Origin: Alphaproteobacteria bacterium
Lineage (GTDB): Bacteria; Pseudomonadota; Alphaproteobacteria; UBA828
Direction: 5' to 3'
Assembly (NCBI GenBank): GCA_965221125.1
Contig: CBDCRW010000004.1
Location: 96,001-160,000 of the forward strand
Length of the DNA: 64,000 nt
Of the stretch, positions 45,052-54,880 are shown piece by piece. The position numbers and the translations under genes were made by a program. The notes beneath the pieces were generated by a model, which searched no databases, was not told where the DNA came from, and saw only the letters and a list, made by a program, of their open reading frames with translations. How positions within the stretch are numbered: position 1 is the stretch's first letter; each line of letters starts with the position of its first letter.

Positions 45052-46800
45052 ATGAGCGAGGACGCCGCCGCCTATCGCGTGCTCGCGCGCAAGTATCGGC
45101 CCACGAGCTTCGCCGGCCTGATCGGCCAGGCCTCCCTCGTGCGCACGCTCAGCAACGCGATCGCGATGGACCGCCTGGCCCACGCCTGGCTGCTGACGGG
45201 CGTGCGCGGCGTGGGCAAGACGTCGACCGCGCGGATCATCGCCCGCGCGCTCAACTGCATCGGCGAGGACGGGAACGGCGGCCCGACGCCGGAGCCCTGC
45301 GGCGTGTGCGATCACTGCGTCTCGATCGCCGAGGACCGCCACGTCGACGTGATCGAGATGGACGCGGCCTCGCGCACCGGCGTCGACGACGTGCGCGAGC
45401 TGATCGAGAGCGTACGCTACCGCCCGGTTTCCGCCCGCTACAAGATCTACATCATCGATGAAGTGCACATGCTTTCGAAGCAGGCCTTCAACGCGCTGCT
45501 GAAGACGCTGGAAGAGCCGCCGCCCCACGTGAAGTTCGTGTTCGCCACCACCGAGGTCCGCCGCCTGCCGGTGACGGTGCTCTCGCGCTGCCAGCGCTTC
45601 GACCTGCGCCGGGTCGAGATGGAGGTGCTGATCGAGCATTTCGGCGCCATCGCCGCCAAGGAGGGGGCGGAGGTGGAGCCTGCGGCGCTCGCGCTCATCG
45701 CCCGCGCCGCCGACGGCTCGGTGCGGGACGGGCTCTCCGTGCTCGACCAGGCGATGGCGCACGAGGGCACGCGGATCACCGAAGACGCGGTGCGCGCCAT
45801 GCTGGGCCTCGCGGACCGCACCCGGCTGTTCGACCTCTTCGACATGCTGATGAGGGGCGCGATCAAGGATGCGCTGGACTGCTTCGCGGAGCTTCACGAC
45901 GCGGGCGCGGAACCGCAGGCCCTGCTGCAGGACCTGCTGGAGCTCTGCCACTGGCTCACGCGGCTGAAGCACGTGCCCGCCGCCGCGGACGATCCGGCGG
46001 TGCCCGAGGCGGAGCGCACGCGGGGCCGCACCATGGCCGAGGCGCTGGCGGTGCCGGCGCTCGCCCAGACGTGGCAGATGCTGCTGAAGGGGGTCGAGGA
46101 GGCCAACCGTGCGGCGCGGCCGGCGCTGGCCGCCGAAATGACCCTGGTGCGGATCGCCTACGCCGCCGACCTGCCGAGCCCGGCCGATGCGCTCCGCGCC
46201 ATCGGCAGCGGCGGCGCGGCCGCGGGGCCGAAGGATGCGCCGGAGCCGTCCGCGCCTGAGCCCGCAGCGCGCAGCGCCGCAATCGCCGGCGGGGCGCCCG
46301 AGCCCACTCCCGCACCGGCACCGGCGACTGCGCCCGCACCGGCGGCTGCGCCTGTGCCGGCGCCCGAGGCGGAGCCCTCCTCCGCGCCGCAGCCGCGCCT
46401 GGACTCGCTCGCGGCGCTCGCCGCGCTCGCCGATGAGCAGCGCGAGCCGATCCTCAGCGCGTGGCTCAGGACCGAGGTGCGCCCCGTGCGCATCGGCCCC
46501 GGCACGGTGGAGATCAACTGCGGACCTTCGCCCGACGGCAGGATGCTCGACCTGCTGCGGGACCGGCTTCAGGAATGGACCGGCGAGCGCTGGATGATCG
46601 CGCTGACCGACGACGGCGGCGCGCCGACCCTGGCGGAGCGGGATCGCGCCCTGCAGGAAGAGGCCGACAGGGCGGCGATGGACCACCCGCTAGTGCGGCA
46701 GGTCCTCGACGCCTTTCCCGGCGCGCGCGTGCGCAAGGTGCATCGGACGACGACCCCACTGCCGCCTGACAGCGGAAACGACGGAGACGCCTCCCCATGA
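45052..46800 (+). CDS. dnaX: DNA polymerase III subunit gamma/tau
   Basis: YRVLARKYRP, GVRGVGKT, IDEVHML, LKTLEEPP, SRCQRF. Confidence 0.96.
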   Translation: MSEDAAAYRVLARKYRPTSFAGLIGQASLVRTLSNAIAMDRLAHAWLLTGVRGVGKTSTARIIARALNCIGEDGNGGPTPEPCGVCDHCVSIAEDRHVDVIEMDAASRTGVDDVRELIESVRYRPVSARYKIYIIDEVHMLSKQAFNALLKTLEEPPPHVKFVFATTEVRRLPVTVLSRCQRFDLRRVEMEVLIEHFGAIAAKEGAEVEPAALALIARAADGSVRDGLSVLDQAMAHEGTRITEDAVRAMLGLADRTRLFDLFDMLMRGAIKDALDCFAELHDAGAEPQALLQDLLELCHWLTRLKHVPAAADDPAVPEAERTRGRTMAEALAVPALAQTWQMLLKGVEEANRAARPALAAEMTLVRIAYAADLPSPADALRAIGSGGAAAGPKDAPEPSAPEPAARSAAIAGGAPEPTPAPAPATAPAPAAAPVPAPEAEPSSAPQPRLDSLAALAALADEQREPILSAWLRTEVRPVRIGPGTVEINCGPSPDGRMLDLLRDRLQEWTGERWMIALTDDGGAPTLAERDRALQEEADRAAMDHPLVRQVLDAFPGARVRKVHRTTTPLPPDSGNDGDASP

Positions 46801-47120
46801 AGAACATCGGCAAGATGCTGAAGCAGGCGCAGGAAATGCAGACCAGGATGGCCGAGCTGCAGGAGAGCCTGGGCAGCCTCGAGGTCGAAGGCACCGCCGG
46901 CGGCGGCCTGGTACAGGTGACGCTGACGGGCAAGGGCGAGATGCGCCGCCTCTCCATCGACCCGGCGCTGGTGAAGGGCGACGAGGTGGAGGTGCTGGAA
47001 GACCTGATCGTCGCCGCCTTCAACGACGGCAAGGCCAAGGTCGAGCAGCTCGTTCAGGAGCGGATGGCCGAGGTCACCGGCGGGCTCAAGCTGCCGCCGG
47101 GTCTCGACCTCGGGATGTGA
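46797..47120 (+). CDS. ybaB: YbaB/EbfC nucleoid-associated protein
   Basis: [26 protein letters not shown]; between dnaX and recR. Confidence 0.93.
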   Translation: MKNIGKMLKQAQEMQTRMAELQESLGSLEVEGTAGGGLVQVTLTGKGEMRRLSIDPALVKGDEVEVLEDLIVAAFNDGKAKVEQLVQERMAEVTGGLKLPPGLDLGM

Positions 47121-47157
47121 GCACGCAGCGCAGCCCCTGCACGAGCGACAGCCGGCG

Positions 47158-47754
47158 ATGACGAGCCCTGCGATCGAGCGGCTGGTGGGGCATCTCGGCA
47201 AGCTCCCCGGTCTCGGGCCGCGCTCCGCCCGGCGCGCCGCGCTGCACCTGCTGGAGCGGCGCGAATCGCACCTGGAGCCGCTGCTCACGGCGCTTCGGAC
47301 GGCGGCCGAGAGCGTCCGCCCCTGCGGCATCTGCGGCAATCTCGACGTCCGGGACCCCTGCGCCATCTGCGCCGATCCCGAGCGCGACCGCTCCGCCATC
47401 TGCGTCGTCGAGCAGGTCGCGGACCTCTGGGCGCTGGAACGCACGCTGATGTTCCGCGGCCGCTATCACGTGCTGGGCGGCCTCTTGTCGGCGCTCGACG
47501 GGATCGGGCCGGAGGATCTCGCCATCGCCGGCCTGGTCGGGCGCGCCGGCGCGCCCGAGGTCAGCGAGATCATCCTCGCCACCAGCGTCACGGTGGACGG
47601 GCAGACCACGGCGCACTATCTGACCGACCGGCTGGCGGACAGCGGCGTCACCATCTCCCGCCTCGCCCATGGCCTGCCGGTCGGCGGCGAGCTCGACTAT
47701 CTCGACGACGGCACGCTCGGCACGGCGCTCAAGGCGCGCCAGCGGCTTCTCTGA
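47158..47754 (+). CDS. recR: Recombination mediator RecR
   Basis: [12 protein letters not shown]4 zinc finger, [14 protein letters not shown]. Confidence 0.95.
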   Translation: MTSPAIERLVGHLGKLPGLGPRSARRAALHLLERRESHLEPLLTALRTAAESVRPCGICGNLDVRDPCAICADPERDRSAICVVEQVADLWALERTLMFRGRYHVLGGLLSALDGIGPEDLAIAGLVGRAGAPEVSEIILATSVTVDGQTTAHYLTDRLADSGVTISRLAHGLPVGGELDYLDDGTLGTALKARQRLL

Positions 47755-47845
47755 ACGGACGCGAATGCACGCTGGATTGTCCGGCGTGCGCCCTCTATGG
47801 TCGCCGCCGCCGCTGGGGCGGCAGACGCGGGCAGCGGAGCAAACG

Positions 47846-48775
47846 ATGGCGGACGAGACGAAGAGCGCGGGCCGGCTGGAGCGCGTGCTGCGCGCGGGCG
47901 AGTTCGCCATCACGGCGGAGATGGGACCGCCGGATTCGGTGGATCCGGCCGACGTTCTGGCCCGCGCGGGGTGCCTCAAGGGGCTCGCGGACGCCGTCAA
48001 CGTGCTCGACGGCGCCGGCGCACGCGCCCACCTCTCGCCGCTGGCTGCGGCGGCGATCCTGGCGCGCGAAGGCATCGAGCCGGTGCTGCAGTTCACCATG
48101 CGCGACCGCAACCGTCTCGCGCTGCAGGCCGACGTGCTGGGGGCGGCTGCGCTCGGCGTGCACAGCCTGCTCTGCCTCACCGGCGATTCGGTCGACGCCG
48201 GCGATCAGCCGGAGACGAAGCCGGTGTTCGACCTCAAGTCCAACGAGTTCATGGCGACGGTCCGCACCATGCGGGACGATGGGGTGCTCCCCGGCGGGCG
48301 GACGCTCGCCTCGGCGCCGCGGCTTCTCATCGGCGGCGCCGATGCGCCCCGCGAGCCGAAGGCGGGCGACACGCCCACCAGCCTTGAGGCCAAGATCGAG
48401 GCTGGCGCGGACTTCTTCCAGACCCAGTTCTGCTTCGACATGGCGATGCTCGGGCGCTACCTCGCCTGGCTGGGCGACTTCGGGATCCCCGAGCGCGCCG
48501 CCATCATCGTCGGCATCGGGCCCATACGCTCGGCAGGCTCGGCGCGCTGGATAAACGAGAACCTTTTTGGGGTGCACATCCCGGACGCCGTCATCGCCCG
48601 CCTCGACGGCGCCGAGGATCCGCAGGCCGAGGGCATCCGCATCTGCATCGAGCTGATCGAGGCGCTGCGCGGCATGGAGGGCGTCGCCGGTGCGCACCTG
48701 ATGGCGCCCCGCGGCGAGCAGGCCATCGCCGAGGTCATCGCTCGCTCGGGATTACGCCCTGCCGGCGACGCCTGA
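47846..48775 (+). CDS. Methylenetetrahydrofolate reductase family protein (MetF-like)
   Basis: ITAEMGPP, DAVNVLD, RDRNRLALQ, LCLTGD, KIEAGADFFQTQF. Confidence 0.85.
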   Translation: MADETKSAGRLERVLRAGEFAITAEMGPPDSVDPADVLARAGCLKGLADAVNVLDGAGARAHLSPLAAAAILAREGIEPVLQFTMRDRNRLALQADVLGAAALGVHSLLCLTGDSVDAGDQPETKPVFDLKSNEFMATVRTMRDDGVLPGGRTLASAPRLLIGGADAPREPKAGDTPTSLEAKIEAGADFFQTQFCFDMAMLGRYLAWLGDFGIPERAAIIVGIGPIRSAGSARWINENLFGVHIPDAVIARLDGAEDPQAEGIRICIELIEALRGMEGVAGAHLMAPRGEQAIAEVIARSGLRPAGDA

Positions 48776-48824
48776 GGCCACCCGCCTGGGCGCGGCCTTG
48801 CCTTATGGCGCCGGCGGCGCCCCT

Positions 48825-49667
48825 TCAGAACCGATACCGGATGCCGATCTCGAGGAAGTGGATGCGGAGGTCGGTGTTCGAGCTGATCGTCAGCCCGTCG
48901 TCGTTGGAGCCGCCGTACGACAGTCCGTTGACCATCTGCAGGCGGTAGCCGACCTGGAGCGTCGTGCTGTCCGACAGCGCATAGCCGATTCCCCCGCCGA
49001 TCTGATAGGCAAAGGCGGTATCGGTGGCTGAAAGCGAAGGCGCGTCGGGGATGGGTACCGGGGGAACCTGCTCGGGAGGGGTGCCCTGCTGTGCGGCCTG
49101 GGCTTGGGCCAGTGCGTTCCCGACCGCTCCCGCCACCGCGCCCGTGTCGTAGCGAAGGCCGCCCTGGTCGACCCGGACGAAGCCGAGGCCGCCGCCGACG
49201 TAGGGGGTCCATGTGTCGCCAACATCGAAGTCGTACCAGAGGTTCACCATGGCACCGAGTTGCTCGGCGCTACCCGACACGGGGACCGGCAGTTCGTTCG
49301 GATGGGTGTAGGAGAGCGCCGGCACCGTGATGCTGCTGTTGGTCAGTCTGCTCACGTCCGCCCGGGCCATGAAGATCTCGCCCTCCACGCGGAGGCCCGA
49401 TCCCAAGTGGCGGCCGATCATGCCGCCGAACTTGAAGCCCGTGTCATGTTCCGTCTTGACGTTCGCCGTGTACTCGACCATCCGCGGGCCTTGACTGAAG
49501 CTCCCCGTGGACGTCGAGTCCGTGTCGTCGATGAACATGAGGGGCATGGTCAGCCCCATGTACCAGTCGCCGTCCTGCGCCTCGGCGCTCGCGGCCCCGC
49601 CGAGCGCCACACATGCGGCCGCGGCTGCTCCCACGAGCAAGCGCGATCCGAAACTGTTTCCCGTCAT
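48825..49667 (-). CDS. Outer-membrane beta-barrel protein (opacity/Omp-like)
   Basis: Signal peptide, RVEGE, MVNLWYDF, PYVGGGLG, AYQIGGGIGY, terminal IGIRYRF. Confidence 0.85.
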   Translation of the reverse strand: MTGNSFGSRLLVGAAAAACVALGGAASAEAQDGDWYMGLTMPLMFIDDTDSTSTGSFSQGPRMVEYTANVKTEHDTGFKFGGMIGRHLGSGLRVEGEIFMARADVSRLTNSSITVPALSYTHPNELPVPVSGSAEQLGAMVNLWYDFDVGDTWTPYVGGGLGFVRVDQGGLRYDTGAVAGAVGNALAQAQAAQQGTPPEQVPPVPIPDAPSLSATDTAFAYQIGGGIGYALSDSTTLQVGYRLQMVNGLSYGGSNDDGLTISSNTDLRIHFLEIGIRYRF

Positions 49668-49825
49668 TTTCCGGTTCTCCCTCGCGACGCCTTACCCACC
49701 CGTCTAGTCTAGGCTATTGCGAGACGAAAGGTGGTGCAAACGTCTGCAGCAGCTACGACGCCTTCGCGTCTCGAACTTGCCGAGATGCGTGTCCGCCATA
49801 AGCGGCGCTGAGCCCGCTTCCCTGC

Positions 49826-50692
49826 TCATCGGCCGGCATCGCGCTCGCGCGCATCCTCGTAGCCAGAGGGCAGGTAGCCGAAGCGCCCCATTTGTGCGCG
49901 GTGACGCTCCACCACGCGACGGACTTGCGCATCGTCCAGCACCTCCCGCCAGCCGTCCACCTTGCCGGCCCGGAAGAAGTGGTCCTGCGACGGGGTACGC
50001 TCGATAAAGCCAGCGCGGTCCTCCTGCGCGCGCAGTGAGCGGAAGGACGAGTGCCGCATCGCCCGCTCCAGGCGCTCGCGCGGCGGCTTGAGGCCGAGGA
50101 AGGCCGCTATGGCGCGAAAGGTCGGGCCGGGCCGGCGGCTCATGTCTTCGTAGCGTACGACGTGGAGCTGCGGGTGCGATCGAGCGGTCCAGCTTTCGAC
50201 ATGGGTGGACCAGTCGCTGTGATGCTCGGGCACCTGCTCAGCGGTCGTAGGTGAATGGAAGCCTCTGGTTTCCATGAGCGTGATGATGTCGTCCGTCGGT
50301 TGGCCCAGGTGGTGGGCGTACGAGACGACCACGTCGAGCGGATTGCGCACGACATAAATCGCCCCAGCCGTGAGCGACTGGGTGATCATGGGCACGCCGT
50401 CGGCCTCCACGAGGGCGTTGTGCGTCTTGACCATGACGGTATCGGGTGCGCTCTCGGCGATGAGAGCGTGCACGCTAGGGCGGAGGCGCGCCAGGTCTCC
50501 CCCGCCCAGCGCCGCTGGCGGTCGGGGGTCAAGGCGCCTGTACCAGTGCGCCTGACTGTCGCCAGCCGTGAGTTCGGACATCCGGTTGATGTCAAAGGGC
50601 GTGCTCGAGTTTCGAAATAAATTGTGCAGGAAGGCACGTAGCCATGTGTTGCCCGACTTGGGGTAGGAGGCGAGCCACAGAATTCCACTCAT
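49826..50692 (-). CDS. Sulfotransferase domain protein
   Basis: PAPS-binding WLASYPKSGNTW, VKTH, YVVRNPLDVVVS, VRYED, FFRAG. Confidence 0.88.
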   Translation of the reverse strand: MSGILWLASYPKSGNTWLRAFLHNLFRNSSTPFDINRMSELTAGDSQAHWYRRLDPRPPAALGGGDLARLRPSVHALIAESAPDTVMVKTHNALVEADGVPMITQSLTAGAIYVVRNPLDVVVSYAHHLGQPTDDIITLMETRGFHSPTTAEQVPEHHSDWSTHVESWTARSHPQLHVVRYEDMSRRPGPTFRAIAAFLGLKPPRERLERAMRHSSFRSLRAQEDRAGFIERTPSQDHFFRAGKVDGWREVLDDAQVRRVVERHRAQMGRFGYLPSGYEDARERDAGR

Positions 50693-50832
50693 ACGAGGTG
50701 TACTTCTCATATGACCGATCCGATGTGATCCCGACAGAGACGGCCCTGCGTGCCGGGCGCAAAGATGGTCATCCCCCGCAGTCTGAACAGCCGTCGCGGC
50801 CGGACGGGCCGACGGCAAAGCCCACGGGGACG

Positions 50833-50867
50833 AAAAAGGGGCGGCGGTGCCAAAGCACCGCCGCCCC
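50833..50867 (-). terminator. Rho-independent terminator downstream of porin 1
   Basis: Minus strand GGGGCGGCGGTGC-TTTG-GCACCGCCGCCCC followed by TTTTT. Confidence 0.85.
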
Positions 50868-50926
50868 CGGAATGATTGGCCGAGGAGGCTGAAGACGCAT
50901 CCAGCCCCTAGACCAACTCCCGAGCG

Positions 50927-51991
50927 CTAGAAGTTGATCGTGGTGCCGAGGATCATCTCGGTTGCCTCGTCGGCGCCACTTTCGACCATGTTGACCTTGC
51001 CGGCAAGGTCAATGCCGGGACCGAGGTTGTAGCCCGCTCCGAGCATGGCAATCGTCGTGTCGTCCCCCATGTCCTTCTCGTGGGATCCATACGCGACGGC
51101 CAGCGAGATCGGGCCTTGCGACCAGCCGATACCGACATCGCTGAGGGTTTCGTCCCCATCGCCGGTGTCGCTTCGCGTTTGCACGGCGCCGCCGATCGAA
51201 ATCTGATCGATGCTGAGGGACGCCCCGAAGCGGGTGGCCGTGGCATCTTCGCCGCCATCCTCGCTTGTATACGTCTCGTAGCCGACATTGGCGGCGAAGC
51301 TGCCGCCCATGACGTCAGTCGAGAAGTTGAGTGCAGCCTGAATGCCCTCCCCATACTTGCCCATATCGTCGTTGGTGCGGCCCGCGTAGGAGTTGGTCGA
51401 GTCCTCGGGCGCGTAGCTCACGCCAAGGCTGAGGCCGTTGAACGCCGGCGAGTAGTAGGAGATCTTGAGGGCGTCCTCGTCCATGGCGCCGGTCGTCCAC
51501 CCACCGATGCCGCTACCGAACCAAGGTGACTTGACGCCGCCGATCGTGTTCCCGCCCGGCGACCAGATCGTCCCATTCTGCGCGGCGCCCTCGACGGTGC
51601 CGTATGCAATGCGGCCGAACCCGCCGCTGAGGTTGACCTCGGTCTCGTCGGTGTTGATGCCTCCGTTGGCCGCGCCGACGTTGCCGTCATCGTCTACTTC
51701 TGCATCATGAGTGTGATCGCCATTGTTCCCGTTGACCCGAATTCTGACGCTGGCCGTAATGCCGTTGTCCAAGGTCGTCGATCCGCCGACCTCCAGCTCG
51801 ATATTCTGGTTGATGCCGTGACCGCGATCATTGTCATTGTCCTTGTCATTGGAAACAGCAACGAGGGCGGCGTGATAGTATCCGCCGACGCCGACCGAAA
51901 TCGGTTCAGCCATCATCTCATCGGCTTGTGCGGCGCTGGCAAACGCACCTGCAGCCACAAGCGCCGTGGTGCCGAGAAGCAACTTCTTCAT
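50927..51991 (-). CDS. Porin (alphaproteobacterial general porin) 1
   Basis: MKKLLLGTTAL signal, TTLDNGIT, KISYYSPAFNGLSLGVSYAP, YNLGPG, terminal Phe. Confidence 0.88.
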   Translation of the reverse strand: MKKLLLGTTALVAAGAFASAAQADEMMAEPISVGVGGYYHAALVAVSNDKDNDNDRGHGINQNIELEVGGSTTLDNGITASVRIRVNGNNGDHTHDAEVDDDGNVGAANGGINTDETEVNLSGGFGRIAYGTVEGAAQNGTIWSPGGNTIGGVKSPWFGSGIGGWTTGAMDEDALKISYYSPAFNGLSLGVSYAPEDSTNSYAGRTNDDMGKYGEGIQAALNFSTDVMGGSFAANVGYETYTSEDGGEDATATRFGASLSIDQISIGGAVQTRSDTGDGDETLSDVGIGWSQGPISLAVAYGSHEKDMGDDTTIAMLGAGYNLGPGIDLAGKVNMVESGADEATEMILGTTINF

Positions 51992-52493
51992 GCTTCTATC
52001 CTCCTGGTTTTCATTAGGTCCAAAGCTCCGGGGTCTCACACCGCCCCTTACCCGGACCGGTCCCAACCCACTACCGCCGCAGGATGGTGCACGCACCCGC
52101 CCCGTGCAATGAAATTGCGTGACAGTTTTCTAACGGACAGTCGTTTTCCCCTCAAACTGTGGCCGAAATGCCACGATCGCGCCTTTCCACCACGCGCTAT
52201 CCCATCGATCCGGCCCACAGTCCCTGACCCATCCTCGCTCTCCGGCCTCGTCATGGACCGGCACCATGCGATGCCGTCTGCACGTCGCGGCTCCCCATCG
52301 CGAATTATTCCCGCCTTCGAGGTGTAGGAGTTTACCGACAAGAATACGGAGGAACACGCTTTCGTTGGAATCAATCCGCTTCCCTGTCGCTTACGGAATT
52401 TTGCAGACGACCGACGGCAGGGTGTCAGGATCGTATTTTATTCCTTTATATCAACGCTATACAGGACTCCCGCCAAATTTCCGCTCGCGAAGC

Positions 52494-53528
52494 ATGAAGC
52501 GAGTTCTATTGGCAACGACGGCTCTCGTAGCCGCCGGCGCTTTCACGGTCGGTGCCGCCCAAGCCGACGAGATGATGGCAGAGCCGGTGTCCGTCGGCGT
52601 CGGCGGCTATTACCGGGTCGCCGGTGGCGCCATCGACATCGACAATTCGATGAACGACCGTGGCCACACCGTCAATCAGAACATCGAGATCAACCTCTCC
52701 GGCGAAGCTGCCCTGGACAACGGGTTGACTGCTGGAGTCAATCTCTGGCTCGATGCGAACCAAGGCTTTCAGGACGACACTTCGGAGACCAGGATCTATC
52801 TGAGCGGCGGGTTCGGGACACTCACTGCCGGTGCGTTCGAGAGTGCCGCGCAGCTTGGCACGGTCTGGGCGCCTGGGGGCAACGCCAACTTCGGCGTCAA
52901 GTCGGCGTTTTTCAATCCCAGCGGCGCTGGAGCCAGCTGGCAAGGCATCATCGGGAACAATGAGGACGATTTGACGCTGATGTATGCGTCTCCGAGTTTC
53001 AACGGGTTCAGCTTCAGTGCCAGCTACGCACCTGAGGACAATAAGGACTCATATGCTGAACGTGGCACGGCGGATACCAATGACGATGGTGATAGCGAAA
53101 TCTCCGAGACCGTGGGGCTCAGCCTGAACATGTCGCTTCCCATGATGGGCGGCAGCGTGAGCGGCGGCATCGGCTACGAAACCGGCACGCCCGAAGTCTG
53201 CACGGGGGAATGCGACGCTACTTCCCTTCGTGGTGGCTTGGTGGTCAGCATCGACGAGTTCTCTGTCGGCGGTGCCGTATTGCAGATCGACAACCAAGGC
53301 GCGGAGACAACGCACTCCGATGTCGGCGTAGGCTGGTCACAGGGTGGCATGAGTATTGGCCTCCAGTACGGAAGCTCGGACTCGGATGACGGCGACACTG
53401 ACATCACGGCCTTCAATGCAGCCTACGCTCTGGGGCCTGGCGTCGAAGTCAACTCGCAAATCGCTGTGGGCTCGGATGGAGATAACGATTGGTCTCAGTT
53501 CTTGCTCGGTACGGCGATCATCTTCTAA
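52494..53528 (+). CDS. Porin (alphaproteobacterial general porin) 2
   Basis: MKRVLLATTAL signal, LDNGLT, YASPSFNGFSFSASYAP, YALGPG, terminal Phe; paralogue of porin 1. Confidence 0.88.
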   Translation: MKRVLLATTALVAAGAFTVGAAQADEMMAEPVSVGVGGYYRVAGGAIDIDNSMNDRGHTVNQNIEINLSGEAALDNGLTAGVNLWLDANQGFQDDTSETRIYLSGGFGTLTAGAFESAAQLGTVWAPGGNANFGVKSAFFNPSGAGASWQGIIGNNEDDLTLMYASPSFNGFSFSASYAPEDNKDSYAERGTADTNDDGDSEISETVGLSLNMSLPMMGGSVSGGIGYETGTPEVCTGECDATSLRGGLVVSIDEFSVGGAVLQIDNQGAETTHSDVGVGWSQGGMSIGLQYGSSDSDDGDTDITAFNAAYALGPGVEVNSQIAVGSDGDNDWSQFLLGTAIIF

Positions 53529-53551
53529 TCGACCATCGTCAATCTGCGACG

Positions 53552-53582
53552 AAGGGGAGCACCCAGTGCTCCCCTTTTTCTT
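53552..53582 (+). terminator. Rho-independent terminator downstream of porin 2
   Basis: AAGGGGAGCAC-CCA-GTGCTCCCCTT followed by a T-rich tail. Confidence 0.85.
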
Positions 53583-53630
53583 ATGCCGAGTATTGAACGA
53601 AGCGTCGGAGAGTCGGCGCCTCTTTTGCGT

Positions 53631-53747
53631 TCAGCCGGCGCTTGAATCCAGCGCGTAGCCGGTTGAGCGGACGGTCCGGATCAGATCCGGGCGCCGGTCC
53701 GCGTTGAGCGCCTGTCTCAGCCCGCTCACGTGCACGGCGGCGGTCCG
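53631..53747 (-). pseudogene. Remnant of an OmpR/PhoB-type winged-helix C-terminal domain
   Basis: Manual translation RTAAVHVSGLRQALNADRRPDLIRTVRSTGYALDSSAG*, preceded by an in-frame stop. Confidence 0.6.
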
Positions 53748-53939
53748 TCAACCGACGGCGATGGCATAATGCCGGGCGACGGCGACTTCATGATGCAGGG
53801 TTTTGCACGACACGCGTACGCTCTGGTGCACAGGACGGCACTGGAGTTGGAATTCACTCGCTTACGCAGTGTTGACGGCGGGCGATTCCGGGGACCGCGG
53901 TCTCTCGGTTTGCGTCGCGCTATATGTCCTCGTGCGCCG

Positions 53940-54040
53940 CCGTCGGCGGTGGTGTAGGTGCCCTGCCCGTGCGGCCTGCCGCCGCGCCACGCGCCTTCGT
54001 AGCGCTCGCCCGGACAGGCGTCCCCTTGCCGCGCTGTCGG
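53940..54040 (-). pseudogene. Remnant containing a MORN-type repeat
   Basis: GERYEGAWRGGRPHGQGTYTTADG matches the YxGxWxxGxxHGxG MORN pattern; no intact surrounding gene. Confidence 0.55.
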
Positions 54041-54299
54041 ACTTCTGTTGGTGACCAGACCCTTCGCGCGATGCCGCTCTGAGCGCAGCATCGGCGACCT
54101 CCCCGTGTGGAACATACAGAGGACAAATGCCCTTTCCATTCGGGTTATCGCGAAACTTTGAGGTCTTTCCCGGTCGTGCTGGGTAGGGCTACAGCACACT
54201 CCAGGGTGCTCTTGACCTCTGAGATCTCTAAAGTCCGATATTTTATATGCAAAAATGTTATAGTTGCTTAGGGGGCTTCTTCCTCTACATTTGTTCTCC

Positions 54300-54475
54300 A
54301 TGAGCATATCGCTGCACAACGACGGCATTGCCCCGAGCAGCCGCCAGGCGCTGATCGACAACATCAAGACGTACATCGCTCGCGAGCGGCTCTCGCGTCG
54401 TGCCTTCGGCGCGGCCGCACTCGGCGACGCGTCCTTCCTTGGCCGGCTCGGCCGGGGCTCGGACGTGCGCCTCGG
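54300..54475 (+). pseudogene. 5' part of a Cro-like/HTH_17 gene interrupted by the transposon
   Basis: MSISL...LIDNIKTYIARERLSRRAFGAAALGDASFLGRLGRGSDVRLG; rejoins in frame with 59102-59669. Confidence 0.85.
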
Positions 54476-54880
54476 TGTTGTTTCGCACGTTATTTGACGC
54501 CGAATCTCCCAGATTATTTGACGTGATCGCTGCCCTGATTTCCCAGATTGCTCGGTCTTTTCCGGATCGAAGCGTAGGAGCTCATGGTCTCTGCGGGCGG
54601 TCCGGGGTCGCTGTCTGATTGAGGTTTGGACTGGTGCTTGAGGAGAGCTGACGAGGTGTCGCGCGGCCGTCGGCGCGTCAAGCGGCTGCGCCGCTCCTGC
54701 GCTTCGCTTCGGCCCTTCGGGTGACTCGCCACCGTCCACACGACGAAGTGCTGCCATGGCCTGAAGCAAGCTTCCGGCCACGGACTGGCCGCTCACCTGA
54801 CGTAGTATCCCGGTGGAGGCGCAGCGCCTTCCGGACCGTTGGGGAAGGGTGGTTCCCGACGGCGGTTCCGGCTCGAACCC

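Noticed and set aside
46240-46400. Short tandem GCACCGGC-type repeats in dnaX
   Set aside because: They encode the usual low-complexity Pro/Ala linker of the tau subunit, and no slippery frameshift heptamer was seen.
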